Assembly: GCA_002189035.1 (NCBI GenBank)
Contig: NEEC01000141.1
Span: 1-37,863, forward strand
From: Utricularia gibba
Taxonomy: Eukaryota > Plantae > Magnoliophyta
DNA: 37,863 bases
Direction of reading: 5' to 3'
The notes below the pieces were generated by a model. It had not been told where the DNA came from, did no database searches, and worked only from the letters and a program-made list of their open reading frames with translations. This document shows positions 12,089-22,920 of the stretch, one piece after another. The stretch's first letter is position 1, and every line of letters starts with the position of its first letter. A program made the translations under genes and the position numbers.

Positions 12089-14128
12089 ATGGATGAGTCT
12101 CGTCTCGTCTCTTCTCGTCGGCCGCCAATGGAAGAGCCCGCCAACCCCAACTCCTTCCATGTTGATGGCACCACCGGAGAGAAGAAGGTGGGCTTCCGAG
12201 GGAAAGTATGGAAAGAATCAAAGGTGATGTGGAGTATCGCGCTGCCGGCGATCATCACAAGCGTCACGCAATTTTCCCTCTCCTTCGTCACCGCGGCCTT
12301 CGTTGGGCGCATTGGGGCACTCGAACTCGCCGCTGTTTCAATCGTTCAGGATGTGCTGGAGGGCTTTGCGTACGGCGTTATGGTGAATCCATGCTTCCTC
12401 TAATTTGTGCTTTTGTATCCATTTCTGCGACTGTCTCTGAGAAAACACACTTCATCCTCTTTGGTTGTATTAGCTAGGGATGGGAAGCGCTCTTGAAACT
12501 CTCTGCGGGCAGGCGGTTGGAGCAGGGGAGTACAAGATGCTTGGCATTTATTTGCAGAGATCTTGGATTATAACATTAGTCACTGCTGTGTTGCTTTCTC
12601 CACTCTATGTCTTTACTTCCCCCATCCTCAAACTCATCAGACAGAGCCCCCGTATCGCGGATGTTGCTGGAAAGTATGCCTTGTGGGTTACTCCTCAGCT
12701 CTTTGCATATGCTCTCAATTTTCCCGTTCAAAAGTTTCTACAAGCTCAGAGCAAAATCTGGGTTATGACTTTCATTTCCTTGTTTGCCTTGGGAATTCAT
12801 GTTCTTTTGAATTGGATTCTTTTGACTGTAATGGGGAAAGGCCTTCTTGGTGCAGCCATGGCTGCAAATTTGTCATGGTTTCTCATAGTCTTTGGTGAAA
12901 TTATATATGTTGTCTCTGGTCTTTTCCCTGAATCTTGGACTGGGTTCTCCTTTTCTGCTTTCAAGCAACTCTATAATTTTGTCAAGCTATCCCTAGCCTC
13001 AGCCATTATGCTATGGTAAGCTGTGCACCACAGTTTCTTTCTTATCATTCTTTTTTTTAAAGCAAACAAAACTTCTGAACTGCTGTTTTTGTATCTCTTC
13101 AGCTTAGAGCTCTGGTATTTTACTGTTGTGCTTCTGATGGTTGGCTGGCTGCGCAACCCAGAGCTTTCTGTCGCTGCCATTTCCATCTGGTTGGTTTTCT
13201 TTCCAAAATCCTTAGTTCACTAAGCATTTCAGTTACTCAAACCTTTCACTGAAACAACTTTTTTCTGATCTCCAGCATGAATATAGAGATCTGGGTGCTG
13301 ATGATCGGTGTTGGTTTCAACGCTGCAATCAGGTAACAGCGCTGCCCTTTAGAAAATACCGCTGAACACATCCATTCCATGCTATCAAATCTTTGTTTTA
13401 ACATGGATGACAACACTCCAGCGTTCGCGTATCGAATGAGCTTGGAGCAAACAACCCCAAGGCAGCCAAATTCTCCATAGGGGTGACTCTGGTACAGTCC
13501 ACACTCCTCGGGGCTTTATTCGCGGTGGCGATAATAGCATCCCGGCAGTCGTTCCCGAGAATGTTTTCCAACCAAGAAGAAGTGATTCAGCAGGCTTCCA
13601 ACTTGGGTTACCTCTTGGCAGTCACCATTTTCTTCAACAACATCCAACCAGTCCTCCATGGTACGCCACAGCAGACAGATGCAGCACGATCAGATATGAC
13701 AATATGTATCTATCTCTCTATTCACTCGAAACGGGCGTTTTTTTTTTATTTGCAGGCGTGGCAGTGGGTGCAGGATGGCAAACATCAGTAGCCATAGTCA
13801 ACGTTGTCTGCTACTACCTCCTTGGTCTACCCTTGGGGGGCTTCTTGGGTACAAAGCAAATCTTGGTGTGCAAGGGATTTGGATTGGAATGCTGGTTGGT
13901 GTTTTGATACAGACTCTGACTCTAATCATCTTTGTCCTGAGGACCAATTGGCACCAAGAGGTTCGATACTGTTGATCATCTCTCCTTCTTCCCAACCAAA
14001 ATGGGATCCTGCCTAACTCTGTCACCTTCCTGCCTGTGCAGGCATCGCTCGCAGGGGAGAGGATCAAAGAGTACTCACTTGGAAGAGCTCCAGCGAGAGG
14101 CAACAGCAGCAGGAGCTGTAGAATGTGA
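12089..14128 (+). CDS. DTX: MATE/DETOXIFICATION efflux transporter; exons 12089-12382, 12474-13015, 13103-13189, 13276-13332, 13422-13660, 13756-13960, 14042-14128; apparent -1 frameshift in the G6 run at 13835-13840
   Basis: Motifs LGMGSALETLCGQAVGA, GIYLQRSW, PQLFAYALNFPVQKFLQAQS, SLASAIMLCLELWY, GFNAAISVRVSNELGA and GVAVGAGWQ are present with consistent splice phases. One extra G restores LPLGGLLGYKANLGVQGIW. Confidence 0.92.
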
Positions 14129-16142
14129 AGCGTGCTGACAACAACAGGCCGCACCCCACACCAAGGCTTCTAACATTTGACATGGAGCACAGGCTGCTGC
14201 TGCTGCGGAAGAAGGAGGATCAACTCCGCGCATAGAATTGATTGGAACACACAAATAAATGATTACTTTCATTGAGACAGATCCATTTCATACAATATTA
14301 ACCTGTCTCTTCTGGTAGCTTCCTTTTGTTCTGAGCTCCCTGATCCACACAAGGTGTTGCTGCCTTCCCAACTCTGCCACGTCTTTTTCTTGTCGGGGGA
14401 GATGTTTCCTGGACGGTTGGTGCGTATCAATTTTTATCGATATAATTAATTCTTAAATTTTGATATATTGAATATATTTAATTACTAGTTTGAGATAATA
14501 GACATATTTTTCCAAAAATAAAATTTTTGTAGTATAATTTCAAAAATATTTTTTGATAGAAGTAATTTTACGATGTATATTATTCTAAAACAAAATTATT
14601 TTTATTTTTGAAAAGTAAAAATAGATTTTAAAAATTTTTCAGAACATATTTTTAGTATTCGATTTTTTATTTTAAATCTATCTGTTTTTACTGTTTTAAT
14701 ATCGATTATAACTGATAATTAGTATTTAAAATTAAATGTATTTATTTTCTATTATTTTATAATGTGATAAAATTAATCTTTTATTTATAATAAACAATGC
14801 TTTATATAAATTTGACTATCAATCAAAACTTTGTTTTGGTATTAAAAGTCTTTGAGATAAGTACTAATTACAGATTTGAAGTAATATTTATCTTATATAA
14901 TTATTTAAAATATCTAACAAATAAATTGCCCATTTATACTAATTTAAAATACTAAATATGATGTCGTACATTTTCTAATAAATTCGATTACGAGCATTCG
15001 ACTTGTTTGAATATATAAGTTTTCTTATGCACATATATATTATATGATATTCAGATTGTACTTGTCTGTAATTGGAGTAACTTTTGTGGATTAGCATGAG
15101 ATGACAATAATAGAAAGGCCATTACCGTCACGTTACGCCAATCGGGAAAGGTAGGACACGGGCGCCGTACGGACTCGACTAGGCCTCCATGTGTCGGAAT
15201 TCCGATGATTTACCACGTCACAAGTACGCTGACGGAGAACTCGACCTAAACTTGTTGAAAAAGGAGACTTGGGACGTGCAGGTCCATCGCCGTGTCCAAT
15301 GGGGATGCTCCACGGACACTTCCGCCACCCCAATCCCGCTGACTCGTCGACACGCATCGCCGCTCTTCCGGGTCTTTCACACGGACCAGAAATGCACTTC
15401 TAACATCATAAACTACCTGCGCAGCAATTTTCTTTCCTCGGGAGTTGGAAGGTTCGAGTCAAGGATGGATCTTGAAATTCAAGGGAGAAGAACAAAAACC
15501 AATATTTAAATAAATTTCAATGGGTTTTATAAATCTTAATTTTACTGATTTTTTAAATAAAAATATATGAGCAATAATTGTGGATAATTTGATTTAAAAT
15601 TATAAAAAAGTATTAATTTCTACATTAATTATGGATGATAGAAATAGAATTTATATAAAATGATCTTATTTAATTTTACATAAAGTATCTATGTAATGAA
15701 AGAATAAATGTGAGGATCGATATCATATAAAGAGATGATGAAGCAAACCTTAACCAGCGTACTAAGTTTTCAAGTAAGGTAGAAAGTTCCGATCTAATAA
15801 ATTATGTAATAACTTTAAACGAATCCCAAATTAGTTATAAATATGGTATAATAAGAGTTTATATAAAGATAACTTATTTACTATAAAAAACTTTACAATA
15901 TACTTCATGAGCCCTTCAATTATGGTTATGATTTAATGACGAATGTAACACGATTTACTTCAACTCCAAAACATTTATTGATCCAGTTTTAAACAATATG
16001 GTTTTTGAGTAATTTCACTTTAATCACATTCCACGTGTCTGTGGGATAGAGGGCAGTAGCCGACTTTTAGACTCTAGGCAATGGCGTCCGGCGAATATAT
16101 CCCCCCACCTCTTCATGTCCTAACGTTCATATTCACGAGAGT

Positions 16143-16410
16143 ATGTCTGGAGAACGATATTGTAAGAAGACTGGGTTTGCGGACGGCGATCCAGGGCGGG
16201 GAAGAGAGATCTGCGCCGTGTGAAGTTTGGAGAGATTCTTTCGTTTCAAGAAACCGCCGCGGATGATTCGTGGTGGCGGAGGAGTGACGCGACTTACTCC
16301 AGCGGGAGCCCGCCGGTGGATAGCGCCACCACATCGTATTCCAATCCTGGAAGCGCTCTTTCTTCGCCCTCGTTTGATGCGATGGCGATGTCGCCGTGGA
16401 CGGAACACTC
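16143..16410 (+). pseudogene. 5' portion of a JINGUBANG-like WD40 gene, interrupted by the retrotransposon
   Basis: Frame ...RRVKFGEILSFQE...SPSFDAMAMSPWTEH(S) joins in frame to HSPYVKSPW at 21754 once the element and one TSD copy are removed. ATG 16143 needs one extra base in the G run at 16198-16201 to reach this frame, so the start position is inferred. Confidence 0.7.
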
Positions 16411-16800
16411 TGATGTCGAGTGAGGACGAATATGAGATAAACCAGCAGCAAACTGTGAGAAATGTGGAGGACCCAGAACAGGAAAATACGAATGTGTTGA
16501 GAGATAACGGGAGGAAGAAGAAGAAGGTCTGTCAGCAACTCGGACTGATTATACTGGACAGCAAGATCAGAAGATGGGCCACCAACAAAGATCTTGCTAC
16601 TCATCCACTTCAAGAAAATGGCCCAACATGATGATATGGCCCAACGTGCTGAAGTCAATATTGTTGGAAGTCGTAGTGAGCAACGGCTAATCCCTAGAAG
16701 TAGGCGACCGTTGCTAAAGAACTATAAATATGTGTACTCTTGCATAACATTAATATATATCTGTTCTACAACCCTCACACATCGATATAAACTCCTATCA
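16411..16800 (+). repeat. 5' LTR (390 bp)
   Basis: Starts TGATGTCG and ends CTATCA. TATAAATA at 16723-16730. Identical to the 3' LTR except C16794 versus G21747. Confidence 0.97.
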
Positions 16801-16818
16801 TGGTGAACCCGACGTGAA
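16801..16818 (+). promoter_or_regulatory. Primer-binding site complementary to the 3' 18 nt of cytosolic tRNA-Trp(CCA)
   Basis: TGGTGAACCCGACGTGAA directly abuts the LTR. It is the reverse complement of ...TTCACGTCGGGTTCA-CCA, the plant tRNA-Trp 3' end as recalled from memory. Confidence 0.85.
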
Positions 16819-16932
16819 ACAAGCAGCTCAACATTGCTATCCTTCCAAACACGGTTTGCCACTCAAACACTACATCTAAAGGCTTCTTACCTTACTCTAT
16901 ATTCTATCGCAGGTTCTCAAAAGAGTGTCATC

Positions 16933-19900
16933 ATGTCTGTAACAAACATATTACCTCCCATTTTTGACGGAAAGGAATACGATATTTGGGCGCCAAAAAT
17001 GGAGATATATCTCCAACTTCATGGGCTCTGGAAAATAATAGCCACTGATCCAGTTTTTGAAGGAACACCTGAAGAAAAAACTGCAGCTGAAAAAGCTTAT
17101 AGAGACAAAGAAATTCAGGCTGCAGCTGTGCTAGCCACAGCAGTGGTTGGAGATGCTTACAGGTGTATAACTCGAAGGTCTCCAAGAGAGGCGTGGCTTA
17201 TGCTCGAGAAAACCTTTGAAGAAACAAAGGAAGACAAGCACAGGGAGATACAGAAACTATGGAATGAAGTTTACAACTTCAAAATTAGAGATGGCGAGGT
17301 AGCCACCAATGCAGAACAACTTCTCAAAAACCTGGAAAAACTAAAGCGCCTTGGAGAAGAAGTTGACTCCCGTGAAGAGCGCAAGCTTAAGGCCAGGATC
17401 ATTCATAGTGCTCCGCAGATTATGATGCTGTCGTTGAATCCTTGGAAGCAACCGGATTTCTAGAAACTCTGAGTCTGCAGCAACTGCTCCAACACTTCAA
17501 AAATGTGGACAGCAGACGTAAATCTCGCAATGAAGAAAATCTATTAGAAGCTGCCTTCAAAGCATCACTTACTATAGCAGGTCCTAAAGGAGAAAATGGG
17601 ACACAACAATATTCTGCACCAAGTTTCCTACCTGTCAAGAAAGAGAAAAAGGGCCACATCCTCCTTGCCCATATTGCGCACAGAAAAACCACATTCCAAC
17701 GAACTGTTTTGGCATCCTGAGGCTCATTGCGCAATCTGTTCAACCAAAGGCCATGTGGAGCGTGTGTGTCCCACCAAGAAATCATATGCCTCTACTTATG
17801 TTGTTGCTGCATCTTCTGAACATTCAAAAAACAAATCAATTCATGTATCTCCTGATGATTCAAATATGAAAGTGAAGTCTTCAGTTTATATCTTGTGCAG
17901 CAAGACTACTCTCTCTGATTTCACTGATCTACGACACAACACAATCTGGTTCATTGATTGCGCCTGCAGTAATCACTTGACCAACAACAAGTCTATATTC
18001 ACAACATATACCCCAATATCAGGAAAAACTCTCACCATTGCTGATGGAACGCTCATTGCAGTTGAAGGTGTTGGATCAATCTGTCTGGAAACTGAACAAA
18101 AACTCATCAAGATTACTAATGTATTCTATGTACCAAAGGCTTCTCACAACTTACTGAGTGCAGGACAACTAGCAGAATGTGGATATGAGTTGAATATAGA
18201 GAACAATATGTGCTTGTTGAAGGATTATGCTCACAATATTGTACTAAAAGTGCCATGGTAAATCGCCTCTTTCCAGTTAACTGCATGACAACTAATAGTA
18301 ATTTCTGTCTTGCAGCTGTAAATACCTCTTTCCTATGGCACAAAAGATTAGGTCACTATCATGCAAGCCAACTCAGAACAGCGCAAACCCAAGGAGTTAT
18401 ACATGGCGTACCTCAATTAAAGGACTGGAATTTCCCGTGCAGCACCTGTCTATTTGGGAAAATGCACAAGAAGCCATTCAAGAATCGTACTGAAGTATCC
18501 GACTCTAAACTACAGCTAGTAGTCTCTGACGTATGCGGACCTATGCATGTTGAGACACCTGGTGGAAAGAAATTCTATGTCCTATTTATTGATGACTACA
18601 CCAAGCATATGTGGGTATATTTTCTTAAGCAAAAGTCTGAAGTGACTAAATACTTCAAGCAGTTCAAGATGATGGCAGAATTACAAAGCAATTGTAGAAT
18701 ACTTACTTTGCATTCAGACAATGGCGGGGAATACAAATCATCCGAACTCCGAGACATCTGCAATGCAAGTGGTATAGTTCATCGGTTTACCGTTCCATAT
18801 ACCCCTCAACAAAATGGTGTTTGTGAAAGGAAAAATCAAACGATTATGAATATGGCTCGTTGCTTGTTATTGGAACACAACTTACCATTGCGCTTTTGGG
18901 GAGAAGCTGTTAACACAGCGGTATTCCTATTAAATCGACTTCCCACCAAAGGAATACCTGAAGGAAAAACTCCACATGAACTGTGGTATGGAAAAGTCCC
19001 AGATCTACAGAATCTGAAAATCTTCGGATCCCTCTGCTATGTCCATATATCTAAAGAAAAACGCAGAAAGTTAGAGAATCATGCTCAAATGGGGGTCTTT
19101 ATGGGATATTCGGACTCCTCTCAAATTTACAGAATATTTATTCCATCCAAACAATGTATAGAAGTTCAAAGATGTGCTGATGTTGTGGTTGAAGAAAGTC
19201 TGACCTATGACTGGCATAATATCTCTTCTACTCCTGAAAACGAAGCTGAATATTCCAGAGACATGCAACTCCTATTTCCTATCAATGCATCTGAAAATCT
19301 TACTGAAATGCACGAAGAGAATCTTGTCAATGAACTTCCTGAAACTAATACCACTATTACGAATAATTCCAATCTTGTTGGTGCAGAAACAGAGGACAAC
19401 AATTATTTCAGACATCACTCAGAAAGGAATCAAGACATGCAAAGTAATGATCATATGCCATATCCTACTTCGTCGCAACAGCCTCAACATGGAGAAAGCA
19501 GAGAATCAGAATATCAATTCTCTTCATTACAAGAACAGGAGGAAAATACATCTCACTTCCAAAACTCTGAGCAAATTATATCTGAAAGACATGATAACAC
19601 AGAAAATATCTCAGAAGATTCAGCAAACAACTACAATTCCTATACACATCACTTTATGCTGCAGTCAGCCGATCATCTCATAGATGAAGAGCCTGCTAGA
19701 GGTTACTGTCCTCTTACTGAAGTCTATGACAGATCGCTTATGATTTGTGAACCTACCTCTCCCTTCGAAGCTCTCAATGATCCTGCATGGAAAACCTCAA
19801 TGGATAATGAGTTACAGGCCATAGCAGAGCATCAAGTGTGGACAGCGGTGGATAAACCTCTCAATATTAAACCGTTGGGATTAAAATGGATTTATCGCAC

Positions 19901-21584
19901 AAAGCTAAATCCAGACGGCTCAGTAAATAAGTTAAAGTCTAGGCTGGTTGCAAAAGGATATCTTCAAAAGGAAGGTATAGACTACTGGGAGACTTTCGCA
20001 CCGGTAGCTCGTCTGGATACAATAAAATTGATTATCGCATTAGCCGCCAGTCAAGGTTGGATCCTGCACCATTTAGACATAAAGAATGCGTTTCTGAATG
20101 GAGACTTGAAAGAAGACATATATGTTGAAAATCCTCCCGGTTTTACACTAAAGGATGGCTCAAATAAGGTGTTAAAACTCCAAAAGGCTCTCTACGGGCT
20201 TAAACAAGCGCCCAAGGAATGGTATTCAACCATAGATTCATACTTTGGTCAAATGGGTTATATCAGAAGCAAGAACGACCCTACTCTATACACCCTCAAC
20301 AATCAAACTGGAAAGGTCATCATATCTTTATACGTTGATGACATCTTACTAACAGGAAATAACGAGACATTGATAGCAGATCAAAAATCAAGGCTCAAAC
20401 AACGGTTCGAATTGACTGATCTAGGGCCAGCAAGATATATTCTTGGACTAGAGATAATACAAGATCCCAATTTTATATTTCTCAGCCAGCAAAAATACAC
20501 TGAAGACTTACTAAAAAAATTTGGGATGGACAATGCAAAAGAAGCAACTACGCCTTTCACTCCATACCTGAAGAACAAGGCAAACAACTATCTGAAAGAA
20601 TTAAATTCTGCCGATTCAGGGCCACAAGATCCTCAAGAAAATTCAGTGAACATACGAGAATATCAGAAGACTGTTGGTGCCCTACTATACCTCACCTCAA
20701 CTCGACCGGACATTACATTCGCTGTAACGTTTCTATCCAGGTTTATGCATCACCCTCTTGCTTTACACCTTAGAATAGCTAAACAAATATTCAAATATCT
20801 GAATGCTACAAAAACTATGGGTTTATACTTCAAAAGGCATACTGACCTATCTCTTCAAGGGTTCGTAGACTCTGATTTCGCAGGTGACGAATCTGATCTT
20901 AAATCCACCACTGGTTATTTGTTTACTCTGGGCTCTGCTGCATTTGCTTGGAACAGCAGAAAACAGACCTTAGTAGCTCAATCCTCAGCCGAAGCAGAAT
21001 ACATGGCTGGAGCTTGTGCTGCAAATCACGCTCAATGGCTCCTGAAATTATGTGAAGATTTACAGATCAAGATTAACAAGCCACTCATTCTGAAAATTGA
21101 CAGCAAATCAGCCATAAGTATAGCTCAAAATCCGGTCATGTTTGGGAAGACGAAGCATATCAAAATCAAATACCATGTTCTTAGGGAATACATCAAAGAA
21201 GGAAGCATAAAATTGGAGTATTTACCATCAGAAAGACAAGCCGCAGACATTCTCACCAAAGCCCTCTTTCCAAGTCATTTCTCTCAAATCCGTGAGCTAT
21301 TAGGGCTGCGCAGAAATCCCTTGATTACTGCTGCCTCATCTCATGTTCTTCCTCAAGGAGGAATGATGTCGAGTGAGGACGAATATGAGATAAACCAGCA
21401 GCAAACTGTGAGAAATGTGGAGGACCCAGAACAGGAAAATACGAATGTGTTGAGAGATAACGGGAGGAAGAAGAAGAAGGTCTGTCAGCAACTCGGACTG
21501 ATTATACTGGACAGCAAGATCAGAAGATGGGCCACCAACAAAGATCTTGCTACTCATCCACTTCAAGAAAATGGCCCAACATGA
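16933..21584 (+). CDS. Copia gag-pol polyprotein with four apparent -1 frameshifts (about 17414, 17650, 17709, 18254)
   Basis: Gag PPIFDGKEYDIWAPKMEIYL, two zinc knuckles (CPYCAQKNHIPTNC, CAICSTKGHVERVC), protease WFIDCACSNHL, pre-integrase LWHKRLGH, integrase SDVCGP/DDYTK/SDNGGEY/PQQNGVCERKN, RT LDIKNAFLNG/LYGLKQAP/LYVDDILL and RNase H DSDFAGD/AEAEY/DSKSAI/ADILTK. Confidence 0.93.
21355..21363 (+). other. Polypurine tract
   Basis: AAGGAGGAA immediately precedes the TG of the 3' LTR. Confidence 0.8.
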
Positions 21585-21753
21585 TGATATGGCCCAACGT
21601 GCTGAAGTCAATATTGTTGGAAGTCGTAGTGAGCAACGGCTAATCCCTAGAAGTAGGCGACCGTTGCTAAAGAACTATAAATATGTGTACTCTTGCATAA
21701 CATTAATATATATCTGTTCTACAACCCTCACACATCGATATAAACTGCTATCA
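21364..21753 (+). repeat. 3' LTR (390 bp)
   Basis: Copy of 16411-16800 with one mismatch. TATAAATA at 21676-21683. Confidence 0.97.
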
Positions 21754-22920
21754 CACTCTCCCTACGTCAAATCTCCTTGGATTTACCAGTCTGGGAACTC
21801 CGGCCAGGAGATGAAGAACGGTTTGATCGGGTCGCTCCTCCGGGAAGAAGGCCATGTGTACTCGCTCGCGACTGACGGTGATCTGTTGTACACCGGATCG
21901 GAGAGCAAGAACATCAGGGTGTGGAAGAATTTTCAGGAGTACGCGATGTTTAAATCAGGCAGTGGGCTTGTAAAAGCCATAGTAATGTTTGATCAAAGGG
22001 TTTTTACTGGCCACCAAGACGGAAAAATCAGGATTTGGAGGTTTTCCGGCGACGGAAAGAAAACTCACAAACGTGTCGGGAGTCTCCCTTCGACGAGGGA
22101 TTTGATGAAAGCGGCGATTAATCCGAAAAATTACGTACGGGTGAGGAGAAAAAGAAGCGTCCCGTGGATGAAGCATCACGACGCGGTGTCCTGTTTAACG
22201 ATCGACGCGGATCTCGGATTGCTCTACTCCGGTTCGTGGGACAAAACATGGAAAGCGTGGAGAATCTCCAATTCCGAATGCCTGGAATCAATTTCCGGCC
22301 ACGACGACGCAGTGAATTCCATTCTCGTCGAATTCGGCCTGGTTTTCACCGGCGCAGCCGACGGCACCCTGAAGGCATGGCGGCGGGAGTTGGTCGGGAA
22401 ATCAACCCATCATCTTCTTGTGGAGACGCTTCTGCACCAGGACCACGCGGTGACATCGATGGCGGCGAGCCGCCGTGGCGGGACACTATTCGCAGGTTCC
22501 TCCGACGGGCTCGTCAGTTTCTGGGCGCGGACAAAGCACTTCATGGCGTTCGGCGGAGTACTCCGAGGCCACAAGCAGGCAGTTCTCTGCCTAGCCTGCG
22601 CAGGCCATTTAGTGATCAGCGGGTCGGCAGACAAGACAGTATGCGTGTGGCGTCGGAACACGGGCACGGCAGGAGTAGATGGAGGAGGATCCGGGTACGC
22701 CTGCGTGTCGGTGCTGAAAGGACACATGGGCCCGGTGAAGTGCCTGGCGGTGAGGCCGTCGTCGTCATCATCATCACCATCGGAGGAGGAGGAGAGTTGG
22801 ATTGTGTACAGCGGAAGCCTCGACCGGAGCGTGAAGGTCTGGAGGATAAGCGACGGTTCCAGCACAGAAAGACATGGAAGGCGACCAATGAGCAACACGC
22901 AGCATCAAAAGGACAGATAA
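21754..22920 (+). CDS. 3' portion (apparently the complete propeller) of a JINGUBANG-like WD40-repeat protein, intronless
   Basis: GLIGSLLREEGHVYSLA, LLYTGSESKNIRVWK, FTGHQDGKIRIWR, LYSGSWDKTWKAWR, GHDDAVNS, FTGAADGTLKAWR, GSSDGLVSFW, GHKQAVLCL, SGSADKTVCVWR, GHMGPVKCL and YSGSLDRSVKVWR. First internal ATG at 21811. Confidence 0.92.
   Translation, partial: HSPYVKSPWIYQSGNSGQEMKNGLIGSLLREEGHVYSLATDGDLLYTGSESKNIRVWKNFQEYAMFKSGSGLVKAIVMFDQRVFTGHQDGKIRIWRFSGDGKKTHKRVGSLPSTRDLMKAAINPKNYVRVRRKRSVPWMKHHDAVSCLTIDADLGLLYSGSWDKTWKAWRISNSECLESISGHDDAVNSILVEFGLVFTGAADGTLKAWRRELVGKSTHHLLVETLLHQDHAVTSMAASRRGGTLFAGSSDGLVSFWARTKHFMAFGGVLRGHKQAVLCLACAGHLVISGSADKTVCVWRRNTGTAGVDGGGSGYACVSVLKGHMGPVKCLAVRPSSSSSSPSEEEESWIVYSGSLDRSVKVWRISDGSSTERHGRRPMSNTQHQKDR

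Larger units (their letters stand above)
16411..21753 (+). mobile_element. Full-length Ty1/copia LTR retrotransposon (5343 bp, gag organisation reminiscent of the Ivana/Oryco lineage), flanked by 5-bp TSD CACTC
   Basis: 390-bp TG...CA LTRs at 16411-16800 and 21364-21753 differ at one base. TSD CACTC lies at 16406-16410 and 21754-21758. PBS at 16801, PPT at 21355-21363, and domain order gag-PR-INT-RT-RH. Confidence 0.97.

Noticed and set aside
16113-16658. ORFs 16113-16658 (-), 16227-16631 (+) and 21336-21611 (-) crossing the LTR borders
   Set aside because: Chimeric products of the insertion junction or antisense shadows; not independent genes.
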